IMG/VR virus record: IMGVR_UViG_3300029267_006021
Origin: a virus
Direction: 5' to 3' (one strand)
Length of the DNA stretch: 64,000 nucleotides
The first letter of the stretch is position 1; every line of letters starts with the position of its first letter. The notes beneath the pieces were generated by a model. The model was not told the origin of the DNA and searched no databases. It worked only from the letters and a program-made list of their open reading frames with translations. The position numbers and the translations under genes are program-made. Below, one piece after another: positions 52,266 to 61,303 of the stretch.

Positions 52266-53456
52266 TCACCAGATGCCTTGTTTAAGCGCTTGTACGTTAA
52301 TTTTTGAGAGGTCGTAGTTTGAGGTGACATCGTATGGTGATTCGTTTGGTTTGAGTTTGAGTTTTCCTCTGAGACTTCGAATGTCTAGGGCAGGAATAAG
52401 AAAGAGAGCGAGGATTTTTCTATAAGATCTATTTAGACCAACAAAAAAGTAATTATCTGCGAGTTCTCTTGTTTTGATTTCTTTTCGCTTAAAATTAAAA
52501 CAACCATTATTATCAACAGCACTCGTCTTAACATCTATTTTACCCAAAAAAGGCTCAATAAAGTCATAAGGTGAATCAATACCTTTTTCTATAAGCATAT
52601 CTTTGGCTTGTGGGTATAACTTGAAAAAGATTAGTTCTCCTAAACGGCCTTTCCATAATGGAATCATTTCCTGTAATTTAGTTAAATCATAAGCCCACTT
52701 AGGGTGCACTTTAAATAGCTTTTCAAGGTAAAGATTGAGGTTGTTGAGGTCATAGAGATGAGTAACTTCAAAGGGTTGTAACCACAAAAGAGCATGATCT
52801 TCTACTACTGTTTGAGCATCATAACAAACAACCATAGAACCGCTCAAAAAGATTTTTCGAGGAATAAGCCAAATCTTCGCTATTTCTATTCTTCCTTTTT
52901 CGAAACCTATACAAAATAAATAGTCACAATCTTTTTTAGCATGTTTTTGAAAAGGCCAAGATTTAGAACCGAGGCGTTCTACAGGTTGACAAGTTTTAAC
53001 ATCTACCCGTTTTAAAATAGAATGATCAAAATCATAAGAGGATGTATCACTTTCTTCTAAATTTAAATCCCGACTATCTGGATAAAGATACAAAAATAGA
53101 GTTTCACCAATACGTCCGAAAAACTTTTCATTTTTTCGCATTTCAGAAAGACGTTGTAAAAGAATTTCTTCTGAATATTTTTGGAATGTGGGTCTATATT
53201 TTTGTAAGCGTTCTACAACCTCATCAAAACCTTTAATTTCGCATTTAGGACAAAGATATCTAGAGTTCTTATAAGAATCATCAAAGAATTCTTTTTGGCA
53301 CTCTTTACAAATTTTCTTTCTCTTCTGTTGCTGAGATTCTTTCTGAGCCAATTTTGAACATTCAAAACTACAACGGAATTGTTTCGAATGCTTAGGTTTA
53401 AATTTCTTGCCACATTGTGGACAAATCATTTCTAGATATTGGTCACTTTTCTTCAT
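52266..53456 (-). CDS. Zinc-finger protein with tandem PD-(D/E)xK-like nuclease domains (putative homing endonuclease)
   Basis: N-terminal CxxC repeats; two copies of GR(I/L)GE...YDF...(V/I)DVKT...DxxFxxG. Confidence 0.65.
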   Translation of the reverse strand: MKKSDQYLEMICPQCGKKFKPKHSKQFRCSFECSKLAQKESQQQKRKKICKECQKEFFDDSYKNSRYLCPKCEIKGFDEVVERLQKYRPTFQKYSEEILLQRLSEMRKNEKFFGRIGETLFLYLYPDSRDLNLEESDTSSYDFDHSILKRVDVKTCQPVERLGSKSWPFQKHAKKDCDYLFCIGFEKGRIEIAKIWLIPRKIFLSGSMVVCYDAQTVVEDHALLWLQPFEVTHLYDLNNLNLYLEKLFKVHPKWAYDLTKLQEMIPLWKGRLGELIFFKLYPQAKDMLIEKGIDSPYDFIEPFLGKIDVKTSAVDNNGCFNFKRKEIKTRELADNYFFVGLNRSYRKILALFLIPALDIRSLRGKLKLKPNESPYDVTSNYDLSKINVQALKQGIW

Positions 53457-53466
53457 TTGTTATTCC

Positions 53467-55128
53467 TTAGTCCAAAGATTTACATGCAGAACATTTTGAA
53501 TGCTTAGCATTTTTAGTTAAATTATCCCCATGAAAAATTTTTCCGCACTTTCTACAGAAACGATAATTTACATGTTCTTTTCTTGGAATCATATTCTTTA
53601 GCAAGAAATCAACTAGATCTTTTGAACAAACCAAACAATATAAAGGAGTATCTTTAGTATACCAAATTACTTCTTTGTTACAACGAGAACAAATTGGTAC
53701 TGGACGGGTTTTGAGTTGGCGGCAGGTGGGGCATTTGCGGAATTGACCTTTGCCTCTTAGTTCTTCAGGTACTTCAAATGACTCTCCACACCAAGTGCAG
53801 ATTTTCTTTTGGGGGCCTTTATCTAGACGTTGTGAAACATAATTTTCTTTGTAATGTTCTTTAAAAGATTTATCTTTACATTCTGGAGAACAATATTGTG
53901 AGTTGCAAGATTGGCGGATGCTAACCCTATAAGGTTTATTGCAGTATTTGCAGTATTTTGTAGTGAGACGTTCTGACATTGGTGTATTCCTTAATTCTTG
54001 ACAAGTTAAACAATATCTAGAAGAGTTCGCATAAGAATCATCGTAGAAAGATTGTCCACATTGTTTACAGATTTTATTGCGTTTGGCTTTGTTTTGTTCT
54101 TTCTTTCGAGCGTCGTGACCTGTGCGAGAACATTCTTTAGAGCAATAAATGCTATGGCTTGCGTTATTTGTCTCAAACTCTTTCTTACAATCAGGGTGTT
54201 GGCAGATTCGGGTCTCAAAAATCTTACCTTCTGCAAAACGTCTTTTAACAGTGACAATCTGTGGTTTTGCTATCTTGCGAGAAGGTGTTCCATTCAGATA
54301 GTCTTGAGGAATTTTATACATGAGATCTTTGGTGACATATTGTCTTAAATGGTCATAAAAATCCTCTGATGAGTCAGATAAAATTCTGAATTTACAAAAT
54401 AACTTACCAGATTCTAAAGTAGAGATATTCCCAAAACAAGTATTAAGATTGTATTTTTCCCATAAAATCTTAACAATCTTTGTTTTAATTTCTTTAGAAA
54501 TAAGGAGTGATGTCCCAATAACAAAAGAGCTATTATCAAGTTCTCCATCATCTAGATACCAAAAGGCTAGATGATCTAAACTTAAACGTTTTAATAAGTC
54601 GTCTGGAAACACTTTAATAGCTGGGCCTTTTTCTTGTTCCAAATAGTATAATTCGCGATAATGATTAAAAATAGGATGTCCTATAGTTTTAAATCCTTTG
54701 CATGAATATTGAGTATTAGAAACCTTTTCAACTTTAATCTTAGCAAGCCCCTGTCGAGTATTCTCTGTTAAAAAAGCATCAAGAATTTGAGCTTTGTATC
54801 GTAGATATTCAAGTTGCCCAGTAGAATGTCCACATCCATAATAACAAAGACCTGAAGAAGTAATACCAATCGTGCTATCGCCTAAAAGTGTACCCTCAAT
54901 AAAACTTTGTTGAGATTCTGTTAATTTAATATCGCCCACGACCTTTTTCCATCTCTTAGATCGACGGATATTCCACTTATGTCGGGAACTATAAATATGA
55001 TCATGGTTGTAACCCAGACGTTTAGCAATTTCGTTATCTGTTAAATTTTCCTCTTCAACTAGATATCTTAATAATTCATAGGTGAGTTGAGTTTTGTGTT
55101 CTTTCTTTGATTTTGCTTTTTCATACAT
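53467..55128 (-). CDS. LAGLIDADG (type 2) homing endonuclease with N-terminal HTH and C-terminal zinc-finger array
   Basis: TDNEIAKRLG HTH; FIEGTLLGDSTI and LAFWYLDDG LAGLIDADG motifs; many CxxC pairs. Confidence 0.85.
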   Translation of the reverse strand: MYEKAKSKKEHKTQLTYELLRYLVEEENLTDNEIAKRLGYNHDHIYSSRHKWNIRRSKRWKKVVGDIKLTESQQSFIEGTLLGDSTIGITSSGLCYYGCGHSTGQLEYLRYKAQILDAFLTENTRQGLAKIKVEKVSNTQYSCKGFKTIGHPIFNHYRELYYLEQEKGPAIKVFPDDLLKRLSLDHLAFWYLDDGELDNSSFVIGTSLLISKEIKTKIVKILWEKYNLNTCFGNISTLESGKLFCKFRILSDSSEDFYDHLRQYVTKDLMYKIPQDYLNGTPSRKIAKPQIVTVKRRFAEGKIFETRICQHPDCKKEFETNNASHSIYCSKECSRTGHDARKKEQNKAKRNKICKQCGQSFYDDSYANSSRYCLTCQELRNTPMSERLTTKYCKYCNKPYRVSIRQSCNSQYCSPECKDKSFKEHYKENYVSQRLDKGPQKKICTWCGESFEVPEELRGKGQFRKCPTCRQLKTRPVPICSRCNKEVIWYTKDTPLYCLVCSKDLVDFLLKNMIPRKEHVNYRFCRKCGKIFHGDNLTKNAKHSKCSACKSLD

Positions 55129-55242
55129 TTGTTAACCTCCTTGATTATTATACAAGGCAATGTTAGAAAATTTTACGAGTTTTTTCAAAAAAAGGTATTC
55201 AAAAATCCTGAAGCCAATTGTGCGGAAGTTTATTTTAACAAT

Positions 55243-55271
55243 AAAAAAGCCGGCCAAAATGACCGGCTTTT
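55243..55271 (-). terminator. Rho-independent terminator after the capsid gene
   Basis: On the minus strand, AAGCCGGUCA-UUU-UGGCCGGCUU running into a U-tract. Confidence 0.85.
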
Positions 55272-55293
55272 CTACGTTTTATGTGATTTTATG

Positions 55294-56181
55294 TTATCTT
55301 GTGATGTCAAGCCTGGTGAGTGCGAATGGGTTATATGCCCCGATCCCTAAATTCTCGAATATCGAAAATCCAATTGTTCTCGCCTTAGGATCATCTGCAC
55401 TTAGAACCGTGAGTTCCGTACGAACGGGAATGCGGCCAAAGAACTCGGGCTCGGCACACACGTACACGCGTCCCACCGGCACTATCCTAGACACCATCAA
55501 CTGGGCTCCCCAAAGGTTTGCCTGCAACCCAGTCTTCAGCAAGGTCGCCTGGCTCTCGATATCCAAGATATCACGGCCAAACTTCCTCACATCAGTGTAA
55601 TCTCTCGCGTTGAAGAACAACCTCGCAACGCGAAGATCATGACGCTCGATCAGAGCGAAGGCATCTGCCAGCACATCGCCCGTGATTGGGGCAGCCACTG
55701 GGATATCAGGATTAGGAGCCAACCCACCAAAGCCAGCCGCCTGAATCGCATCCATGATGGCGAAGACCCTGGTATCTTCCTCCGCCTGAACCTCGCTCTT
55801 CGCCAAGTCCTGTGCTCTCTCGATCAGGTCATATCTGCGTTCCTTGACCTGAGTCAGCGGGATTTCAGGGTTGGATGCAATCTCAAAGAGAGGAAAGATC
55901 ACTCTCTTTGGCTTCTGGATTGCCAGCACGTTTTCACCCTCTTCCCCTATGACGTATGCGACTGCATCTGGGTCCCTGTCATAAATAGGAAGAGCACCAT
56001 CTGGCAGTTGCTCGACCAAAAAGGTCTTTCTGCCAATACTCGTATAGTCCCGACGAGCCCTAAGAGGCTGAATCATCGAAGCAGCCAACTTCTGTCGACC
56101 TGCAGCGGTCTTGATCAACTCCCCGATGATCTGACTCCTGGCCTCGTTGCTAAGGACTTCTCCATGTCCTTCGCCTGCCAT
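55294..56181 (-). CDS. HK97-fold major capsid protein
   Basis: Last gene of the protease-scaffold-decoration-capsid run, followed by a terminator; E-loop/spine pattern (RKTFLVEQLPDG, AEEDTRVF, LWGAQLMVS); AAGGAGG RBS before ATG at 56181 (ORF track 56217). Confidence 0.82.
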   Translation of the reverse strand: MAGEGHGEVLSNEARSQIIGELIKTAAGRQKLAASMIQPLRARRDYTSIGRKTFLVEQLPDGALPIYDRDPDAVAYVIGEEGENVLAIQKPKRVIFPLFEIASNPEIPLTQVKERRYDLIERAQDLAKSEVQAEEDTRVFAIMDAIQAAGFGGLAPNPDIPVAAPITGDVLADAFALIERHDLRVARLFFNARDYTDVRKFGRDILDIESQATLLKTGLQANLWGAQLMVSRIVPVGRVYVCAEPEFFGRIPVRTELTVLSADDPKARTIGFSIFENLGIGAYNPFALTRLDITR

Positions 56182-56216
56182 CTGTAAATCCTCCTTTAAC
56201 TTTGCTATCGCATCCA

Positions 56217-56825
56217 TTAGACGCGAAGAGCAATCCTCATCGAGGTGTCCGCTGTCGTCGGCACCCTGGTCAGGATGGCCACTGGCTGATTGTTGGCTGC
56301 AGCGATGATTCCATTTGTTACCGTTGGTGGATAATTAGTGAGATCATCAGGAGCAACGTTTGTCAGCAGACCCGATCTGCTGTCACAATACAGCCTATCT
56401 CCAGCAGTATAAGTAAGAGTAGTTGCAGTGTGAACACCATAGGTATCCCTGGCATTCGTTTCATAGTACCTAACCTCGTATGTGCCCATGCTGTCGACAT
56501 ACGGGGCCCGTCCACTCGCTGCTGCCGAGGTGGACTGGAAAGCGTACCCAGCCGCATCATTGATGAACAGACCTAATGGTGTCTCAGAAAGATCCGGACT
56601 TGCAGCCGGAGTAGGTCCACCAATCAAATCCGTACCCTTAACCACTGCAACGCTACCAGCAAGCACGCCTGCCGGAGTCGCAGCTGAAAGGGTGGAATTG
56701 ATGGTAGTCCCAGCCGTGAAATTCACTCTCGTGAATCCATTGGCATCCAAGAAACCAAGGCTGTTCCGGTGCCCGACATACAGAATGCGGAGTCCGTAAT
56801 CGGCACCCTGAACGCTGACTACCAT
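56217..56825 (-). CDS. Putative head decoration/cement protein
   Basis: 202 aa, A/T/G-rich, immediately upstream of the MCP; GDRLY...GLLT motif. Confidence 0.65.
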   Translation of the reverse strand: MVVSVQGADYGLRILYVGHRNSLGFLDANGFTRVNFTAGTTINSTLSAATPAGVLAGSVAVVKGTDLIGGPTPAASPDLSETPLGLFINDAAGYAFQSTSAAASGRAPYVDSMGTYEVRYYETNARDTYGVHTATTLTYTAGDRLYCDSRSGLLTNVAPDDLTNYPPTVTNGIIAAANNQPVAILTRVPTTADTSMRIALRV

Positions 56826-56874
56826 TTCCTTCTACCTCCCAACTTAAGGCCTAATAAACTATGGCTTTGCAGCC

Positions 56875-57645
56875 TTACACACTAAAGACATCCGAAACAT
56901 CTGGATCGGATTTCCAAAGGTTCTCGAGTCTAACACCTGAACCACTCGCTTTCTTCACATTACCAAGTTTCTTGGCACCTTTCTTAGCGGCGGTTTTTGA
57001 AGGCGTTTCAAAAATCTGATCTAAAATAGCGCTATCATCGGAAGCGTTGATTTCGATTTCTTCCTCGCTAGCTTCCTTGTCTTCATCCTCGTCTTCATCC
57101 TCGTCGTCTTCTTCTGAAGTCTTTGACTTCTGGCACTCTTCGGTGCCTCCATAAGGCCCAGTGCCGTCAGGCTTACCAGGACCTTCAATTGCTCCTGCTT
57201 CTTTGGTCTCTTCGGCTTCCTTGGTTTCTAGAAGCTCGTACTTTCTCTTCAGCAAGTTGATAATTGAAGAAGTTGGAAGATCCATAAGTTCGACTGCCTG
57301 ATCCTCAGCAATCTTTTCATCAGCTCCCGGCAGAAAAAGCTCAGCGATCTTTAAGCAAGCTTCGGCTTTCTTGCTGACCTCAGCCTTAATTCTCTCACGT
57401 TCTTTTCTTGCTTTACGAATAGCTGCTTGTCTCTTCGCTGCAGTAATAGGAGCTGGAAGCCCTACCTCATTCCTCTTATCCTTTTTCCATTGAGTATCTA
57501 AATCAGGAAGAGGATGATTCTCAACGAACTTATGAGTCTCGTACTTTTCCACTGGCGGGTTTTTCCTGTCTTCACGACCAAGCTGATTTGGATCAGTTAA
57601 ATCAGCTTTTTTGGCCTGAGCCCTTTTAGTAAGTCTTTTTCTCAT
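56875..57645 (-). CDS. Putative scaffolding protein
   Basis: Highly charged, low complexity, between protease and decoration genes; short hydrophobic C-terminal tail PDVSDVFSV. Confidence 0.6.
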   Translation of the reverse strand: MRKRLTKRAQAKKADLTDPNQLGREDRKNPPVEKYETHKFVENHPLPDLDTQWKKDKRNEVGLPAPITAAKRQAAIRKARKERERIKAEVSKKAEACLKIAELFLPGADEKIAEDQAVELMDLPTSSIINLLKRKYELLETKEAEETKEAGAIEGPGKPDGTGPYGGTEECQKSKTSEEDDEDEDEDEDKEASEEEIEINASDDSAILDQIFETPSKTAAKKGAKKLGNVKKASGSGVRLENLWKSDPDVSDVFSV

Positions 57646-57692
57646 TTCCAGCTCCTTCTAAACGTAATCAATCTTTTCAACAAATAATTCAA

Positions 57693-57762
57693 ATTAGTAA
57701 AGTATTAAACTTTTTTGAATTATTTGCTAATTAACATTTTTGTATGTTAATTAGTGGACTAT
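57693..57762 (-). promoter_or_regulatory. Two candidate late-promoter motifs with an 11 bp hairpin, upstream of the scaffold-capsid operon
   Basis: ATACTTTACTAAT at 57693-57705, ATAGTCCACTAAT at 57750-57762; inverted repeat ctaattaacat/atgttaattag at 57727-57754. Confidence 0.55.
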
Positions 57763-59321
57763 TACGAATCTTTCTGTTCAAGTAAATTATATCTCAGGAT
57801 TTCTGAAGATATTTTCTTGAGCTCCGGCTGAGTTAAATCGCGTTTAAATAAAGTCTTGCAATATTTTATGAATGCTTCCTTTGTTTTAAAATCTTTAGCC
57901 TTTAAAGCAGCTTTATAAATCTTAGGGTCTTGTTTTCCAAGCTCTGAACTAATGAAAGCAGAAAGCAAAATTCCATCTCTTCCATCTAAATCAAATTTTC
58001 TAAGGCTTTCCCAAGGTTTTCCTTGACTTAAAGCCAAAATCGCCTTTGTAATAGATTCGCTCTTAGATCCAAAAATCTTTTTAATCTTTGAAGATATATC
58101 ATTGTATTTATAAGATTCGAATTCATTGAGAGGTTTTGTATTTGATTTAACTAGCGTATCATGGGTTAAAGCTTCATCTGGTATGTATTCTCTAGTTCTT
58201 CTTGCTGTTTGTATTTCGTCGCTTAGTTCTTTGAGTAGTTCTTCTTTTGCTTCTTCTTTTGCGCGTTCTTTAATCTCTTGTTTAATAACATCTTTAATAT
58301 CGACAAATGTTGTTGGTTTTTCTAACTCTTCAGGAGTTTCCGTTTCTACTGGAGCTGCTTCTTCTGTTGGGGCGTCTTCTTCCGGGGGTGTCTCTTCTGT
58401 TGGGGCGTCTTCCTCTGGAGGTGGCGGAGCCGCTTCCTCTGTTTCTGCTGGTGCGTCTTCTTCTCCTTGAGCTAAAATATAGCGTGATGTATTAGCAACT
58501 TTCTTTAATTTAAGTCCTTCATCTCCCTTTAAGGGCTTAATTTCAAAAGCAGATTTAATTTTATCTTTAAGTTCAAACTTAGGAGCCACAATATTGCGAG
58601 TCACTGCTCCTTCAAATGCCGGATTCTTAACCCAACTAGCGTCAATAAATTGAACTGACTCTGGATCATCCTTATGCCCACAAAGTTCAGCAATAATTCT
58701 CTCAACACCATTATTGTCAATAAATTTATTTCCTTTAAGATATCTAATGTGATGACAGAGTTGTACTGAATCTTCTGCTTTATTCCCGCATTTTGAACAA
58801 AAGGTCCATGCAACCACACAACCCATTGATAATTTATTTGTTTCTCCACTTTCTATTTTCTTAACTAAATCTTTATGTTTTCTATCAGTGGCAACTAAAA
58901 TATCAACATAAATTGATTTGGCTTCTTTGTCCGAAGCAGTCTTTCCTGGAAAAATAACTTCACGAGCGACAGCGTCAATGACTTTACCTTTAGACTGTTC
59001 TGCAATTTGAACATGCTCAACAAAGTTATCTGCGCCTACGAATGATTTATAACAACCTAAAAGTAAATTTCGTTCCCAAGCATCATAATTATTGTTAACG
59101 AATTTTGCAGTTTCTGGTGTAATATAATGTTCAGGATCTTCTTCAACATCTACCGAAGCAATAATAGTACAATGACTAAGACAATACTCCTTTGGATCAT
59201 ATTCTGCGACTATTTTACTTGCAGTTCTAGACGAAAAATCTCGATCAGAAATTTCTGACCACTGAGTCCAGTCTACTACTGGATTAACCACTACTGCTGA
59301 AGCTGTTTTTAAAAAGGCCAT
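57762..59321 (-). CDS. Putative prohead maturation protease with Cys-rich insertion and acidic linker
   Basis: NFVEH...KGKVIDA...LSMGC...ASWVKNPAFEGA resembles assemblin/HK97-type protease motifs; head-module position. Confidence 0.7.
   Translation of the reverse strand: MAFLKTASAVVVNPVVDWTQWSEISDRDFSSRTASKIVAEYDPKEYCLSHCTIIASVDVEEDPEHYITPETAKFVNNNYDAWERNLLLGCYKSFVGADNFVEHVQIAEQSKGKVIDAVAREVIFPGKTASDKEAKSIYVDILVATDRKHKDLVKKIESGETNKLSMGCVVAWTFCSKCGNKAEDSVQLCHHIRYLKGNKFIDNNGVERIIAELCGHKDDPESVQFIDASWVKNPAFEGAVTRNIVAPKFELKDKIKSAFEIKPLKGDEGLKLKKVANTSRYILAQGEEDAPAETEEAAPPPPEEDAPTEETPPEEDAPTEEAAPVETETPEELEKPTTFVDIKDVIKQEIKERAKEEAKEELLKELSDEIQTARRTREYIPDEALTHDTLVKSNTKPLNEFESYKYNDISSKIKKIFGSKSESITKAILALSQGKPWESLRKFDLDGRDGILLSAFISSELGKQDPKIYKAALKAKDFKTKEAFIKYCKTLFKRDLTQPELKKISSEILRYNLLEQKDS
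58360..58412. repeat. Coding tandem repeat (EEDAPTEE) in the protease linker
   Basis: tcttctgttggggcgtcttc at 58360 and 58393 (33 nt period). Confidence 0.75.
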
Positions 59322-59363
59322 TCTAATCTCCTCGCAACAATCTAATCATTTAAATCGCAACGT

Positions 59364-59376
59364 ATTAGTGAACTAT
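59364..59376 (-). promoter_or_regulatory. Candidate late-promoter motif ATAGTTCACTAAT
   Basis: About 43 nt upstream of the protease start; identical to the copy at 10854. Confidence 0.6.
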
Positions 59377-60389
59377 GAGAAGAGTGCTTCTTTCCAATTA
59401 GAATTTTTAATATCATAATGCTCATGTGCCCAAGAAGAAATGCTCTTTTTAATGATGCTAAATTCCCAAAGATGATAGATATTCTCAAGTACGTTAAACC
59501 AATCGGAATCTTCTACCAGAAGACTATCATAGAGAGTTTTTTCCAGGATTTCTAAATAGGGCTGTACCTTACTAACTACCGGCACTATCCCAGATGCCAT
59601 ATATTCAATAGCCTTAAGTCTACTTTTACAACGATTAAATGGGCAGTTTCTTAATGGAGCAAATCCAAGATTCGCTGGCAATTTATGAAGAAGTGCTAAA
59701 TAACTTTCAGGTGGGACAGCAGGTATTAAAAAAATTTGATCTGGAGATACTTGATTTAAAATAGGTTTATTAATTGTATGTATAGCAATCAATAACATAT
59801 CTGGATGTAATTTTAAAAATCTAATCAAACCTCTTTCTAAAACTTTTAAATCTGCTTTATGTGAAGTACTACCACCCCAAAGCAAACAAAAGCGATCTTT
59901 TAAGATATCTATTGAAACCTTTTTGAACTCTTTATTTCTTAGATCAATCTCTACATCTTGGTTTAAATAATCAAAATCAATATAATTATCAACAATAACA
60001 ATATTAGGATTATAGCGATGGTAGGCTTCTTTTAAACATTCATTGGTAACAATAACAAAATCGGCTTCTCTTAGAAAATTACGAATAACTACCTGATGTT
60101 TTAAATAAAAAGCACTAGCCGGGTTCCAATCAGGTAGATCTAAAAGATTATCATCGATTTCATAGATAACTGTGCCTCCCCTTTTTTTGATATCTCTAAA
60201 AACATTCAATTCTGAATATAAACAGGCACGACCAAAAATATAGGCTTTATCTACAACATTATGAAGGTTTATAGAATCAACAGAACTAACTTTAAAACCT
60301 AAAGAAAATAAATGTTTAACAGGAAGATCAACCCGATAGTGAGTACAAGCGTTTTCGCCTTTGCGTAAAAAAACGACTTCTTTAAACAT
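59373..60389 (-). CDS. GT-B (GT4-like) glycosyltransferase within the head module
   Basis: YRVDLP, YEIDD, WGGSTSH, APL...FNRCKSRLKAIEYMASGIVPVVS. Confidence 0.82.
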   Translation of the reverse strand: MFKEVVFLRKGENACTHYRVDLPVKHLFSLGFKVSSVDSINLHNVVDKAYIFGRACLYSELNVFRDIKKRGGTVIYEIDDNLLDLPDWNPASAFYLKHQVVIRNFLREADFVIVTNECLKEAYHRYNPNIVIVDNYIDFDYLNQDVEIDLRNKEFKKVSIDILKDRFCLLWGGSTSHKADLKVLERGLIRFLKLHPDMLLIAIHTINKPILNQVSPDQIFLIPAVPPESYLALLHKLPANLGFAPLRNCPFNRCKSRLKAIEYMASGIVPVVSKVQPYLEILEKTLYDSLLVEDSDWFNVLENIYHLWEFSIIKKSISSWAHEHYDIKNSNWKEALFS

Positions 60390-60397
60390 CTTAAGAA

Positions 60398-61009
60398 TTA
60401 GTAGGAATGATCCCAGACTTCAACACGAATTGTTGAGTCGACGGGTACTCTAAACCAAACTTTTCGTTCATAACGTATATCAAAAACCATCCCATTATCA
60501 GGAGATCCCAAAGGACCAAGCCTCCCATGAACTGTAACACCATCAAAACTATAATCAACTGTATCTGCCCCAGTCAGATTAAGAAGTGAGATACCTTGAG
60601 ATAAAAAGCCCCAATTAAACTGTGGATTTACTGGAAAATTAGCTGAAGCAATTATATCTAAATCTTTAGCGAATCTTGGGCCTACTTCAGGAGCCAAACC
60701 CCTTTCAGGTGAGTTTGCTAAAGAACTTTCTACCCCATTTGAGTTAACTTCAGTAATTCTAAAATAATACGGGGCATTATTAGTAATACCTAAATCACCT
60801 GAACGTGATAATTGTCTAACGACACAACCCCGAAAAGGCCCCTGCGACGGATAATTTGGAATATTACCATCAATTAAAATACCAGCAAAGGCTGGAGCGC
60901 TGACTGTAGACCCATATAAACGATAAAATTGAATTGTGGAACCACTTGGTTTCCAATATAGAGTGATTATATCTTGTACATTATCCCCGACATTAAGATC
61001 TAAAGCCAT
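60398..61009 (-). CDS. Putative virion protein with a fibronectin type III-like domain
   Basis: ITLYW...YRLYGS...YYFRITEVNSNGVES. Confidence 0.6.
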   Translation of the reverse strand: MALDLNVGDNVQDIITLYWKPSGSTIQFYRLYGSTVSAPAFAGILIDGNIPNYPSQGPFRGCVVRQLSRSGDLGITNNAPYYFRITEVNSNGVESSLANSPERGLAPEVGPRFAKDLDIIASANFPVNPQFNWGFLSQGISLLNLTGADTVDYSFDGVTVHGRLGPLGSPDNGMVFDIRYERKVWFRVPVDSTIRVEVWDHSY

Positions 61010-61021
61010 TTTACTTCCCTA

Positions 61022-61303
61022 TTATAAACAAATAAAACTTGGTCCTGGGCAAGATCCAGTTACTTTGGGCACTCCCGTATAACTCTCGGCAAATGTGTCA
61101 TCCCTTACCATATAAATGGCAATATACATATCCCTGATTACCTGTTCAGGTATAGGCACTGAAAATCCAGCATGCCCAAGAGGAGTTTCTATATCTTTAA
61201 TAAAAACCTTATCTTCAACCTCATTCCAAATTACAGTAAAATAGTAGTATTGACTATCTACCGTGGAACGAAACTTGAATTCTCGTCCAAGTAAACAGCT
61301 CAT
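61022..61303 (-). CDS. Hypothetical protein
   Basis: 93 aa, start overlaps the upstream stop. Confidence 0.55.
   Translation of the reverse strand: MSCLLGREFKFRSTVDSQYYYFTVIWNEVEDKVFIKDIETPLGHAGFSVPIPEQVIRDMYIAIYMVRDDTFAESYTGVPKVTGSCPGPSFICL

Noticed and set aside
55294-56181. Encapsulin shell protein
   Set aside because: It sits in a protease-scaffold-decoration-capsid gene order typical of phage heads, with no cargo enzyme.
55129-56799. Plus-strand ORFs (55129, 55160, 55639, 56202, 56482)
   Set aside because: They lie antisense to the capsid and decoration genes or span the terminator, and have no RBS or recognisable motifs.
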